A stretch of 63,529 nt of DNA from assembly GCA_947382865.1 (NCBI GenBank), contig CANDBF010000003.1:1-63529 (forward strand). The letters run 5' to 3'. Of this stretch, positions 22,817 through 32,184 are shown one piece after another; the first letter of the stretch is position 1; every line of letters begins with the position of its first letter. The DNA comes from an uncultured Clostridia bacterium (GTDB lineage: Bacteria; Bacillota; Clostridia; Christensenellales; CAG-917). A program made the position numbers and the translations under genes. The notes beneath the pieces were generated by a model that made no database searches, was not told where the DNA came from, and saw only the letters and a program-made list of their open reading frames with translations.

Positions 22817-22899
22817 GCTGTCATTATTTGCATTGATAATTACAAAAATCGAAGTTTATATATTGATTATAAATATATAAACCTCGTTTTCGTAGTTTA

Positions 22900-23625
22900 T
22901 TATTTCTTTTTTATCGGCGGAAGCGGCTTTACAGAGCCTGTCACTGCGGCTATCACCGCGGGCAGAATTTCCTCGTACTTCGCAATGCCTCTTCTCACCA
23001 CCTCGTCAAAACTCACGGGCGCGGTTGCGTCCGCCTTGTCCGAAACCACTTTGACGGAAAGCAGAGGTATGCCGTTTCGCTCGCAGGCGATAGCAAGCGC
23101 GGCAAGCTCCATTTCGCATATGTCGCAACCAAACCTTTCGGCAAGCTCTTTTTTCTTGTCCGCGCTCGCCACAAACACGTCTCCGCTCGCGACCGCCACC
23201 CTGCGTATCGGCTTTCCGACCGCCGCCAATACCGCGTCTATAAGCGCGCCGTCCAATTTGAAATAAATGTCGTCCTTATCAAGATACTGTCCGACCTTTG
23301 TGCCGTCGATACGCGAAGTGTCGAACTGATAGTGGCATACTCTGTCGGCTATTACAAGCTCGCCGACTCCGATAGCGGGGTTGAGAGAGCCGACAAATCC
23401 GAAGTTGAGAATAACCTCCACGTCGAACAAATCCACAAGCGTCTGCGCCGTGAGCGCGGCGTTTATCTCGCCGACGCCGCAGGTCGCAAGATAGACGGTA
23501 TTGCCCGAAAGCTCTATTCTGCAAACATGCGCGCCGTGTATGGCGCTTTTTTCGACTACGCCTCCGAGCTTGCGATAAATAGGCAGAGTTTCCTCCGCCA
23601 TCGCGGTTACGATTCCTATTCTCAT
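22900..23625 (-). CDS. mtnN: 5'-methylthioadenosine/S-adenosylhomocysteine nucleosidase family protein
   Basis: PNP_UDP_1-like sequence (IGIVTAMAEE..., CEMELAALA). Start set at MRIGIV, preceded by GGAGG. Confidence 0.8.
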   Translation of the reverse strand: MRIGIVTAMAEETLPIYRKLGGVVEKSAIHGAHVCRIELSGNTVYLATCGVGEINAALTAQTLVDLFDVEVILNFGFVGSLNPAIGVGELVIADRVCHYQFDTSRIDGTKVGQYLDKDDIYFKLDGALIDAVLAAVGKPIRRVAVASGDVFVASADKKKELAERFGCDICEMELAALAIACERNGIPLLSVKVVSDKADATAPVSFDEVVRRGIAKYEEILPAVIAAVTGSVKPLPPIKKK

Positions 23626-23829
23626 ATGCGCCTCCGAATTCCGATTTATATTATAATACCACCCGCCGCCGCGCAATTCAATACGGCGAGATTTGAAAAC
23701 GAAAAAATTTTAAGCGGAAACGCAGCGATAATTATGACGCGCGCTTAATTCCGCGCGCATTGAAGAGTATCCGAAATATAATTTCCCTCCGCGGTTGATT
23801 TATGTCTCGGATAATGATAAAATTCGATT

Positions 23830-24522
23830 ATGGACGACTTGGAATTTCTCATCTTGCGCGCATCAGAGATAGGAGTTGAGCTCGACGGCGACACCGCCGC
23901 CGCGCTTCTTACGTACAAGAACCTCGTTCTGTCCGCAAACGAAAAATTCAATCTTACAGCGATAAAGGAAGACGGGGAGTTCATAGTCAAGCACCTCGTA
24001 GATTCCCTTTTGGGCGCAAGCGAAATTCCTTTCGGCGCAAGGCTCTGCGATATAGGCTCGGGCGCGGGCTTCCCCTGCGTGCCGCTCGCCGCGGCGCGAA
24101 AGGATATATGCGCTGTCGCGCTGGATTCCACCGCGAAGAAAATGAATTTCGTATCCGAAGCCGCAAAAAGCATAGGACTTGGCAACGTAAGCACGGTTGC
24201 GGGGAGAGCGGAAGAGCAGAAAAACCTGTTCGGCGCCTTCGACGCGGTGACGGCAAGGGCGGTGTCATCTCTGCCCGTGCTTTTGGAGCTCGCCATACCT
24301 CTTCTCAAAGTAGGGGGAGTTTTTATAGCGTATAAAACGGACGACGGCGAGCTTGAAATCTCAAAGCGCGCTCTTTCTGAGCTCGGCGCAAAATGCGTAA
24401 ATATAAAATCCGCCGCGCTTTACGGCGGAGACAAAAGGACAGTTCTCGTTTTTGAAAAGCTCAAAGCGACAAATCCCAAATATCCGCGGCTGTACGGCGC
24501 AATCAAGAAAAATCCGCTTTAA
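23830..24522 (+). CDS. rsmG: 16S rRNA (guanine527-N7)-methyltransferase RsmG (GidB)
   Basis: 230-aa ORF with SAM motif DIGSGAGFPCVPLA. Lies upstream of parA-parB as in many Firmicutes. Confidence 0.9.
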   Translation: MDDLEFLILRASEIGVELDGDTAAALLTYKNLVLSANEKFNLTAIKEDGEFIVKHLVDSLLGASEIPFGARLCDIGSGAGFPCVPLAAARKDICAVALDSTAKKMNFVSEAAKSIGLGNVSTVAGRAEEQKNLFGAFDAVTARAVSSLPVLLELAIPLLKVGGVFIAYKTDDGELEISKRALSELGAKCVNIKSAALYGGDKRTVLVFEKLKATNPKYPRLYGAIKKNPL

Positions 24523-24703
24523 TTTTTACGAATATCGTATCTGATAATTTCAATATTTCATTCTGGGAAAATCAAGCTCGATAACGTCTCGACTTTTGCC
24601 GAAGCAGTACAGGCGTATATATTATTTCCTAATTTATTTTATATTTATATAATTTTGTTTCGCGTTCCTTGAAAAATCCACCGCGTTATGTTACACTCAT
24701 TTT

Positions 24704-25471
24704 ATGGCTAGGATAATTTCTTTTTCAAATCAGAAGGGCGGCGTTGGCAAGACCACTTCCTGCGTGAACCTCGCCGCCGCGCTCGCCTTGCGCGGCAAAC
24801 GCGTTTTGATTGTGGATTTTGACGCGCAGTGCAACGCATCTAGCGCTCTCGGGGAGTTCGACAAACAGCCCGAGCATTCCGTATACTCGGTGCTATGCGA
24901 CAATCTTGCGGCAAGCGAGGCGATACGCAATTCGGATATTGAAAATCTTGACTTCATTCCCTCTTCCTGCGACCTCGCGGGAGCGGAGCTGGAGCTTTCT
25001 CAGATTGTCATCGGCAGAGAAAGGGTTTTGCAGGATAAGCTGTCCGAAATAGAGGAGAAATACGATTATATCTTTATCGACTGTCCTCCCTCTCTAGGTC
25101 TGCTCACCGTCAACGCTCTCACCGCTTCGTGCGGAGTTATCGTGCCAATTCAAAGTGAGTTTTACGCGCTCGAAGGTCTCAGCCAGATGATGAACACTAT
25201 AAAACTCGTCAAAAAGTTTTTGAATAAAGATCTTGAAGTCATCGGCGTCGTGCTTACGATGTTCGACGGCAGGTCAAAGCTGGCAAAGGGTGTGCTTGAT
25301 GAGATACTCAAGGTTTTCGGCGACAGGGTTTACGACGTAAAAATTCCCCGCAACATCCGTCTCGCCGAAGCGCCGAGCTACGGAAAACCCGTAGCGCTGT
25401 ACGACAAAAAATGCGCCGGAGCCGTCGCGTACGACGCGCTCGCGGACGAATTCCTTTCAAAAGAACAATGA
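24704..25471 (+). CDS. parA: chromosome partitioning ATPase ParA (Soj)
   Basis: 255-aa ORF with the deviant Walker A motif NQKGGVGKTT. Confidence 0.95.
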   Translation: MARIISFSNQKGGVGKTTSCVNLAAALALRGKRVLIVDFDAQCNASSALGEFDKQPEHSVYSVLCDNLAASEAIRNSDIENLDFIPSSCDLAGAELELSQIVIGRERVLQDKLSEIEEKYDYIFIDCPPSLGLLTVNALTASCGVIVPIQSEFYALEGLSQMMNTIKLVKKFLNKDLEVIGVVLTMFDGRSKLAKGVLDEILKVFGDRVYDVKIPRNIRLAEAPSYGKPVALYDKKCAGAVAYDALADEFLSKEQ

Positions 25472-25479
25472 GGTGAATT

Positions 25480-26412
25480 ATGGCAAATGTGAAAGGCGGA
25501 CTCGGTCAGAGAGGCATGAACGCATTGTTCAGAGACAACGTTGAAAACGTCAAGGTCGACGTTCCTTCCGATGTTCCCACGCAGGAAATCGATATAGCGC
25601 TTATCGACCGCAACCCCGGTCAGGCGAGAAAGTCCTTCGATGAGGAAAGCCTGCAATCGATGGCGAGCTCAATCGCAATGTACGGCGTTCTTCAACCAAT
25701 TCTGCTCGTAAAGAGCGAGGGCGGAAGATATATGATTATCGCGGGCGAGCGCCGTTTCAGAGCGAGCCTTAAAGCGGGTCTTAAAACAATTCCCGCAATC
25801 GTGAAAAATCTTTCCCCGCAGGAAATTCAGGAAATCTCGCTTATAGAAAACCTGCACCGTGAAAACCTCAACGCGATAGAAGCCGCCGAGGGCATACGCG
25901 AGCTGATGGAAAATCACGGTCTTACTCAGGAGGAAGTCGCCGTTCGCATCGGCAAATCCCGTCCCTACGTCACCAATACGCTGAGGCTTCTCCAACTCCC
26001 AGAAGAGGTTATGGATATGGTCAAGTCGGGCAAGCTCTCGCCGGGACACGCGCGTACCATTCTTCCCGTAGACAACAAGGAAAAGCTGATAGAGTTTGCA
26101 AAGCTCTCCTGCGAAGAGGGCATTTCCGTGCGCGATATGGAGAGGATTGTGCAAAACTATCTCAACGCGCCAAAATCCAGTGCACCCGCGCAAAGGCGTA
26201 AAAAGGAAGCGCTTCCCCTTGAATTCAAAGCGTTCGTCAACGATATGAAAAGACTCTTTTCCACAAAGGTAGTTCTTAAACGCAACGGAGACAAGGGAAG
26301 AATTATCATCGACTATTTCAACAACGACGACCTTGAGCGCATTCACGCCATAATGCACCTTCTTCAAATACAGGCGAACAATTCAAGTACCTTCAACGAA
26401 AAGGATAATTGA
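25480..26412 (+). CDS. parB: chromosome partitioning protein ParB (Spo0J)
   Basis: 310-aa ORF with the ParB box IIAGERRFRA and an HTH region (GLTQEEVAVRIGKSRPYVTNTLRLL). Confidence 0.95.
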   Translation: MANVKGGLGQRGMNALFRDNVENVKVDVPSDVPTQEIDIALIDRNPGQARKSFDEESLQSMASSIAMYGVLQPILLVKSEGGRYMIIAGERRFRASLKAGLKTIPAIVKNLSPQEIQEISLIENLHRENLNAIEAAEGIRELMENHGLTQEEVAVRIGKSRPYVTNTLRLLQLPEEVMDMVKSGKLSPGHARTILPVDNKEKLIEFAKLSCEEGISVRDMERIVQNYLNAPKSSAPAQRRKKEALPLEFKAFVNDMKRLFSTKVVLKRNGDKGRIIIDYFNNDDLERIHAIMHLLQIQANNSSTFNEKDN

Positions 26413-26542
26413 GACGGAATAAATAAAATTTATTTTACGGCATCAAATTTGCAATAAATCACAAAACGCCCGTTTTATACGGACGTTTCGCTTATATAAA
26501 GTGTCGTTTGTGTTTTATAATCTAAAATTTATGACTATTGTT

Positions 26543-27688
26543 TTAATCCGTTAACGCTGACATAAAATATTCATTTCTTTTGTTATTTTTTGCCGTGCCG
26601 TCCATGACGTAAATTCCGTTATATTCGCAATCGAGATTGAATTCCGTACAGGTAATGACCGTCTGAAAGCCATTCGTCATATCGAGCAGGAGCTTTTGTC
26701 TGTCTATATCGAGTTCGCTGAGAACGTCGTCAAGAAGCAGTACGGGCGCTTCTCCGATTTCGTTTTTATAAATTATAACCTCTCCGAGCTTGAGAGCGAG
26801 CGCGACCGTGCGCTGCTGTCCCTGCGACGCAAACTTTCTGCTGTCCTTGCCGTTTATCTCTATTTTTATATCGTCGCGGTGCGGACCGACGGTTGAGTAG
26901 CCAATCTCCTTATCCTTTGCGCGCGCGGATACAATACTTTCATACAGTTTTTTTTCTATCTCTTCCGTATTAGTTTTTTTGATGTTTTCGTTATCGAATA
27001 CAAGAGAGCTTTCGTATGAGAGTTTAAGGCTTTCCTTTTCGCTGCTTATGGCGTTGTGAAACCTGCTTGCCGCGTCATTGAGAGTGTCTATATATGCTAT
27101 ACGCTTGGACATAATAACAGCGCCTTCCTTTGCAAGACAAGCGTCCCATACGTCCAGCATATCGTCTATGTTGCGGCTCTTACTCCACTCCTTCAAGAGA
27201 TTGTTTTTTTGCTTTAATGTCTTGTTGTAACGTTGAAGTGAGTAAAAATAACTGCGCTGCTGCTGACTTAGCCCCACGTCCATAAATCTGCGTCTTTCCT
27301 GCGGCGATTCCTTGACCAGTTTCATTTCGTCGGGGGAGAAAAACACAACGCCCAGCACTCCGAACAGCTCGCCCGCGCGATTTAGCGGAATGTTGTCCAC
27401 AAGTACCTTTTTCTTCCCTTTGTCGTCTATTTGCAGATTTATCGTCTGTTTTTTATATTTGGTTTTGAGAGTAAGAGATACGGTTGCTTTATTTTCTCCG
27501 ATCAGCACCATTTCCTTGTCCTTTACGGTGCGGGGACTGTGAAATATGGAGCATAGATATATGCTTTCCAGCATATTGGTTTTGCCGCTGGCGTTTTTTC
27601 CGTAAAGCACGTTGAGCCCGTCGTCGAAATCGACATTTACGCGCTTGTAATTTCTGAAATTATTCAACTCCAACGAGAGAATTTTCAT
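26543..27688 (-). CDS. recF: DNA replication and repair protein RecF
   Basis: 381-aa ORF starting MKILSLELNNFRNY, with Walker A GKNASGKTN and C-terminal LLLDDVLSELD. Confidence 0.93.
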   Translation of the reverse strand: MKILSLELNNFRNYKRVNVDFDDGLNVLYGKNASGKTNMLESIYLCSIFHSPRTVKDKEMVLIGENKATVSLTLKTKYKKQTINLQIDDKGKKKVLVDNIPLNRAGELFGVLGVVFFSPDEMKLVKESPQERRRFMDVGLSQQQRSYFYSLQRYNKTLKQKNNLLKEWSKSRNIDDMLDVWDACLAKEGAVIMSKRIAYIDTLNDAASRFHNAISSEKESLKLSYESSLVFDNENIKKTNTEEIEKKLYESIVSARAKDKEIGYSTVGPHRDDIKIEINGKDSRKFASQGQQRTVALALKLGEVIIYKNEIGEAPVLLLDDVLSELDIDRQKLLLDMTNGFQTVITCTEFNLDCEYNGIYVMDGTAKNNKRNEYFMSALTD

Positions 27689-27759
27689 ATTGACAGTATA
27701 TCTTAGATGCGACCTTTTTTCAACTTACTTTATTTGTTTTTTCTTTTTTTGCAATTCGC

Positions 27760-27787
27760 TTGAATTATTCGCCCGTTTTGATATAAT
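27760..27787 (+). promoter_or_regulatory. candidate dnaA promoter abutting the start codon
   Basis: TTGAAT, 16 nt, TATAAT. The -10 box ends 7 nt before the dnaA ATG and no Shine-Dalgarno sequence lies between. Confidence 0.45.
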
Positions 27788-27794
27788 TCTTTAT

Positions 27795-29165
27795 ATGGTA
27801 GATATAGAAAATTTTTGGGTCGAATGTAAAGAAGAGCTTTCTACTTCCTTTCAGACGATAGTGTACGAGGTATGGATAGAAAAACTCAAACCCGTTTGTT
27901 TTGTGGACAACAAGCTGGTTTTGTCTACCATCGCACAGCAGGCCAAGCGCACCGTAGAAACAAAATATCTCGACAGAATAAAGAGCGTGGTCGTAAGCAA
28001 AAATCCGTCGGTTTCTGACGTTATAGTGATTTTGGAATCTCAGGCGGCGGAGTATATGGAAAAGCAAAACGAGTTTTTTGAAAACGGCGGGTCGCCCTCA
28101 AAAACGGAAAAAAACCAGCGCTCCGTCAAAAAATGTCCCTTTCTTGAAAAATATACCTTCGATACATTTGTCGAAGGAAAGTCAAACGCATACGCATTGG
28201 CTGCCTGCAAAACCGTATCCGAAAATATAGGAACAAAATACAATCCTCTTTTTATATACTCCGGCGTAGGTCTCGGAAAAACTCACCTTTTGCACGCAAT
28301 CGGAAATCTTATCTACAAGCAGTCTCCAAAAAGCAACGTTCTTTATGTTAGCGCGGAAACGCTCGTAACAGAGCTTATATCCGTAATACGCAGTAAATCT
28401 CCCGAGGATAACACCAATTTCAGAGAAAAATACCGCTCCTGCGATATCCTCATGATAGACGATATACAGTTTCTCATCGGCAAGGACGCGACGCAGGAGG
28501 CTTTTTTCCATATATTCAACGACCTGTATCACGAAAACAAGCAAATCATACTCACCTCCGACAGATCCCCAAAAGACCTTACAACGCTCGAAGACAGACT
28601 TCGCACGCGTTTCAGCTGGGGTCTTACGGTCGATATACAGGCTCCCGATATGGAAACGAGGGTCGCTATCCTTAAAAACAAAGCCGCGCAGTCGAGATTT
28701 TCTCTATCCGACGAGGTAGCTGAATTTATTGCGGAAAACTCAACCTCGAATATAAGAGAGATGGAAGGCTTACTCAACAAAATTATATTTTTTAGCTCTC
28801 TTTCAAACAATACGATTACCACGCGCGCGCTTGCCGAGGAAGCTCTGAGCGACTTTATCGAGGATAAAAAGGACACAATAGACACAAGCGATATAGTAGG
28901 CGCAGTCTGTAAATATTATAAAATATCTACGGAAGACCTCTTTTCCAAAAAGAAAACCAAAAATCTCGTCGAGCCCAGAATGGTCGCTATCTATCTCATC
29001 ACCGAGCTTCTCCCTACGCCGCTAGTTCAGATAGGAGAGATATTCGGCGGAAGAGACCATACTACGATAATTCACGCAAGAGACAAAATAACGGACGAAA
29101 TCAAAGTGAATCCGCGCATACGCATAACTGTTGCCGATATAAAGAATATGCTTCTAAACAGATAA
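27795..29165 (+). CDS. dnaA: chromosomal replication initiator protein DnaA
   Basis: Start at MVDIENFW. AAA+ motifs GVGLGKTHLLHAIG and LMIDDIQF. Domain IV has GGRDHTTIIHARDKI. Confidence 0.95.
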   Translation: MVDIENFWVECKEELSTSFQTIVYEVWIEKLKPVCFVDNKLVLSTIAQQAKRTVETKYLDRIKSVVVSKNPSVSDVIVILESQAAEYMEKQNEFFENGGSPSKTEKNQRSVKKCPFLEKYTFDTFVEGKSNAYALAACKTVSENIGTKYNPLFIYSGVGLGKTHLLHAIGNLIYKQSPKSNVLYVSAETLVTELISVIRSKSPEDNTNFREKYRSCDILMIDDIQFLIGKDATQEAFFHIFNDLYHENKQIILTSDRSPKDLTTLEDRLRTRFSWGLTVDIQAPDMETRVAILKNKAAQSRFSLSDEVAEFIAENSTSNIREMEGLLNKIIFFSSLSNNTITTRALAEEALSDFIEDKKDTIDTSDIVGAVCKYYKISTEDLFSKKKTKNLVEPRMVAIYLITELLPTPLVQIGEIFGGRDHTTIIHARDKITDEIKVNPRIRITVADIKNMLLNR

Positions 29166-29203
29166 GCAAAATTCTTTCTCCGTCTTCATAATCCGTTATT
29201 TAA

Positions 29204-29240
29204 TAAAAAAACAGTTCGCTTTTTGCGGACTTTTATTTTT
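29204..29240. terminator. hairpin terminator between convergent dnaA and dnaN
   Basis: AGTTCGC, loop, GCGGACT, flanked by an A-run and a T-run. Confidence 0.6.
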
Positions 29241-29284
29241 ATACTTTTCATCTTTTATAAGATAATGAAAATTTTATAGCATTA

Positions 29285-29316
29285 GAAAAAAATCCGCTGT
29301 ATGGCGGATTTTCTTT
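29285..29316. terminator. second bidirectional hairpin terminator between dnaA and dnaN
   Basis: AATCCGC, loop, GCGGATT, flanked by A7 and a T-rich run. Confidence 0.65.
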
Positions 29317-29333
29317 ATATTATGTTTTCAATC

Positions 29334-30434
29334 TTAACCTATAACTCTTAACGGCAGTATAAGATATTTCCACTTTCCGCTCTCACCCTCGATAACCGCA
29401 GGAGACGTCGACGTGTTGAAATTGAAGGTTATAAACGGCTCGTCTATGACTTTCAGACAGTCGATGAGATATTTGGGGTTGAAGCCTATCGTAAGATCCT
29501 TTCCGTTGAGACCTATAACCACCTTTTCATTTATCTCGCCGTCCTCGCTCTTCGCGTTGAGCATAACCGCGTTTTCCTTAATTTCTATTTTGACGTTGGA
29601 ATTTTTGCCGACGCGGTTTATAAGCGATACGCGCTCGACTGCGCTTTCAAACATTTTTTTGTCGATTGTAGCGACGGTCCCGAAATTAGGAGGAATGATT
29701 TTTTCGTAATTAAGGAATTCCTCGCCAATAAGCCTCGTCACTATTTTGGTGTGGAACAAATCCACCATAACGTAATTCCTCTCTACGTATACTGTGACCG
29801 TTTCCTCTCCGTCGTCTATAAGTCGGCTAAGCTCCGTTATACTCTTTGTTGGGATTATAATTTTGTTTACAACGCCGTTGTTTTTGACGGGCGCGTTGGC
29901 AATAGCGAGCCTGTATCCGTCGGAAGCCACCGCCTCGACGGTATCTCCCTTTACGTTCAGACATACTCCGCGGAGATTGGGACGTCCTTCGTCTGAAGCG
30001 ACGTCGAACAGCACCTTTCCTATAATCTCCTTGAAATCCTTTTTGAGAAGTATTATGGAATTTTCGGTGTTAACCTCGTTGAAAACAGGGTATTCGTCCG
30101 AGCTCATGCAGTTTATCTGCAATTCGCTGTCAAGATACCTTATGATAAGTTTTGTAGTTATCGTGCCGTCGAGCTCTATCTGTTCCTCTTCTATTTTTTT
30201 GGCGTAATCCGCAAACAGCTTGCCGGGGACAACCGTTTCTCCTTCGATAAGCACCTGCGCGTTTATTTTTTTCTCTATCGCAAGCTCAAGATCCGTTGCG
30301 AATATAGTGAGAGTGTCGCCTACCGCCGTAAGTTTGACTCCGTCAAGAATAGGATTGTTTCTTTTTACGGGAAGAGCCTTTACAACCTTAGAGAGAGCGT
30401 CGCTCAACTCGTTTCCCTGACACAAAACTTTCAT
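29334..30434 (-). CDS. dnaN: DNA polymerase III subunit beta (sliding clamp)
   Basis: About 366 aa, three-domain clamp-like sequence. Start set at MKVLCQG with AGGTG 6 nt upstream; the track ORF starts at a GTG 9 nt further up. Confidence 0.93.
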   Translation of the reverse strand: MKVLCQGNELSDALSKVVKALPVKRNNPILDGVKLTAVGDTLTIFATDLELAIEKKINAQVLIEGETVVPGKLFADYAKKIEEEQIELDGTITTKLIIRYLDSELQINCMSSDEYPVFNEVNTENSIILLKKDFKEIIGKVLFDVASDEGRPNLRGVCLNVKGDTVEAVASDGYRLAIANAPVKNNGVVNKIIIPTKSITELSRLIDDGEETVTVYVERNYVMVDLFHTKIVTRLIGEEFLNYEKIIPPNFGTVATIDKKMFESAVERVSLINRVGKNSNVKIEIKENAVMLNAKSEDGEINEKVVIGLNGKDLTIGFNPKYLIDCLKVIDEPFITFNFNTSTSPAVIEGESGKWKYLILPLRVIG

Positions 30435-30647
30435 ACGTTTCACCTGATTGTTTATTATATTTTATCTTTAATAATGATAACATATATAAGCTCTGTTGAC
30501 AAGTGGAAAAATATCATTGAAACACTATGTTTAGTTGTATGGCATAGTATAAAATCGCAATATTTTGTAATAAATGCATTTAATTTTTGTGGATAGTTTT
30601 CAAAAGAGTTCAACATTTGCTTAACATACGGGCTAAGTTGTCAACAC

Positions 30648-31679
30648 TCAGAAAGGAAGAGCGCCGAAAGAGAATATGAGTGAGAAAATATATCCTGTGA
30701 AAACGCTTATTAAAAAAGTTGCCGAAAATATGACAAAACTGCGACCCAAATGCTTCGTATCTCTAAAAAGCAGCATAAAACCGAGCCCTGCGTTCATGCA
30801 AAGTCCGCCGAGAGTAGCACCGAAGCCGAGACCGCCCATAATATAAAGCTCGCTTAAAACTATGGAAGAAACACAGTTGGGAACAGCGCCTATAATCACT
30901 GAAAATAAAGGAGCTATATATTTGTTGGAGGAGATGAACGCAATTATTTTATCCTCCCCGACGTAATGTAAAATAACTCCGAAAATTATGTTCACGATGA
31001 AAACGTAAACGAATATTTCGAGAGAGTGGAGCAGCGGTTTAAGCAAAAATCTTTCCGCTTTTTTTCTCTTATCTTCTTTTTTGACGAAATTCTGATTATA
31101 TTTGTAAAGCACGCCTTTTCCGCTTTTGATTTCTTCGTTATGAGCTTTGTGATTTTCACATTCGGAGTGAGAGCATTCCTCGCATGAGCATTTTTCTTTG
31201 CAATCCTCCGAAACAACAAGCTCAGCGCTGTCGCAGTGCATAAGGCGAATACGGTATTCATCATTGCAATGCTCGATATGGTGGCGCACGGCGCGGCGGT
31301 TCTTTACACAAATAAAATCAATTAGATATCCGAAAATCAATCCGACAACAAATTTTAGTCCCAAAATCGGCAATATATGCAGAGCTTTTTCCGGATAGCT
31401 GAGAAAGATAGGAAGAGCCTCGTCGGAAGTGGCGATAAAAACGCCTATCAGCGTACCTACGGTTATGTGACGTTTTTTGTATAAATCGGTTGCGACCACC
31501 GAAAATCCGCATTGAGGCAATAGAGAAATACTCACGCCGATAAGCGGGGCGAGTTTTCCGTTGAGTCTGATTTTGTTTGATAAAAACGGCTCTATCGCGG
31601 CTATTATGTACGTGAAAACCGCAACGACCGCAAAAATTTTCAGACTGTCCAAAAATGCGTCGAGTATAACTTCTGCCAT
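30648..31679 (-). CDS. polytopic membrane protein with Cys/His-rich central loop (putative metal exporter/permease, ArsP_2-like)
   Basis: 343-aa ORF with about 10 hydrophobic segments, motifs LLPQCGFSV and ATSDEALPI, and the loop HHIEHCNDEY...CKEKCSCEECSHSECENHKAH. The family name is from memory only. Confidence 0.55.
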   Translation of the reverse strand: MAEVILDAFLDSLKIFAVVAVFTYIIAAIEPFLSNKIRLNGKLAPLIGVSISLLPQCGFSVVATDLYKKRHITVGTLIGVFIATSDEALPIFLSYPEKALHILPILGLKFVVGLIFGYLIDFICVKNRRAVRHHIEHCNDEYRIRLMHCDSAELVVSEDCKEKCSCEECSHSECENHKAHNEEIKSGKGVLYKYNQNFVKKEDKRKKAERFLLKPLLHSLEIFVYVFIVNIIFGVILHYVGEDKIIAFISSNKYIAPLFSVIIGAVPNCVSSIVLSELYIMGGLGFGATLGGLCMNAGLGFMLLFRDTKHLGRSFVIFSATFLISVFTGYIFSLIFSFGALPF

Positions 31680-31835
31680 AAACGCATTATAGCACCGAAA
31701 GAAAACATATAAAAGCGATATGAATGTTTTTACAATATTTATAAAAAATTTATAAATAAAAAAACAAGTAAACTATTCTATTATACAAATATTAAGTTTG
31801 CTTAGAAAAGATTGAAATAACATACACACGAAGTG

Positions 31836-31959
31836 TGCGAAGCGTCCACTTCGGAAGAAGTGTCGAAGCGCAAAACGCGCGGCAAAAATTGCCGCAGGGG
31901 GTTCGAGAATATATAAAGAAAAGCACGACAGTTGTCGTGCTTGCTTGGCGCCTGTTGAG
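31836..31959. repeat. direct repeat copy 2: the last 14 nt of tRNA-Asn plus its terminator and downstream sequence
   Basis: 124 bp matching 32061-32184 with 2 mismatches by eye. Confidence 0.9.
31911..31942 (-). terminator. duplicated copy of the tRNA-Asn terminator hairpin
   Basis: AAGCACGACA, 2-nt loop, TGTCGTGCTT followed by a U-rich tail on the minus strand. Confidence 0.5.
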
Positions 31960-32060
31960 AAAGTTGAGAAATTGGCTTTATAGAAATTAAAAAAAAGCAA
32001 ACACACGAAGTGTGGGACCCCCGTGAAGTAGCGAAGCAGGCGGATTTATCCGCAAAAAAC

Positions 32061-32184
32061 TGCGAAGCGTCCACTTCGGAAGAAGTGTCGAAGCGCAAAG
32101 CGCGCGGCAAAAATTGCCGCAGGGGGTTCGGGAATATATAAAGAAAAGCACGACAGTTGTCGTGCTTGCTTGGCGCCTGTTGAG
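32061..32184. repeat. direct repeat copy 1, overlapping the tRNA-Asn 3' end
   Basis: See the partner at 31836-31959. The period is 225 bp. Confidence 0.9.
32134..32167 (-). terminator. intrinsic terminator after tRNA-Asn
   Basis: A 10-bp stem, AAGCACGACA paired with TGTCGTGCTT, plus a U-rich tail. Confidence 0.65.

Noticed and set aside
20311-22833. 840-aa ORF antisense to gyrA. Similar long antisense or alternate-frame ORFs include 653-1531(+), 1709-3325(+), 3910-5076(+), 15012-16118(+), 18377-19381(-), 41040-42044(+), 42241-43170(+), 53241-54230(-), 58190-59083(-), 61597-62658(-) and 62845-63504(-).
   Set aside because: Each overlaps a gene with unmistakable family motifs on the other strand or frame. 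Their translations are Arg/His/Val-rich low-complexity strings typical of open antisense frames in GC-rich coding DNA, and none has a ribosome-binding site.
23746-23762. Identical 17-mer TAATTCCGCGCGCATTG upstream of rsmG (23746-23762) and upstream of the ABC-2 operon (37732-37748).
   Set aside because: A single exact 17-nt coincidence in a window this size is not far from chance expectation once the GC-rich palindromic core (GCGCGC) is considered. There is no third copy and no flanking similarity.
30588-30596. DnaA-box cluster / oriC next to dnaA or dnaN.
   Set aside because: The spacers around dnaA, dnaN and recF contain only a single near-consensus box, TGTGGATAG. One box is not evidence for an origin.
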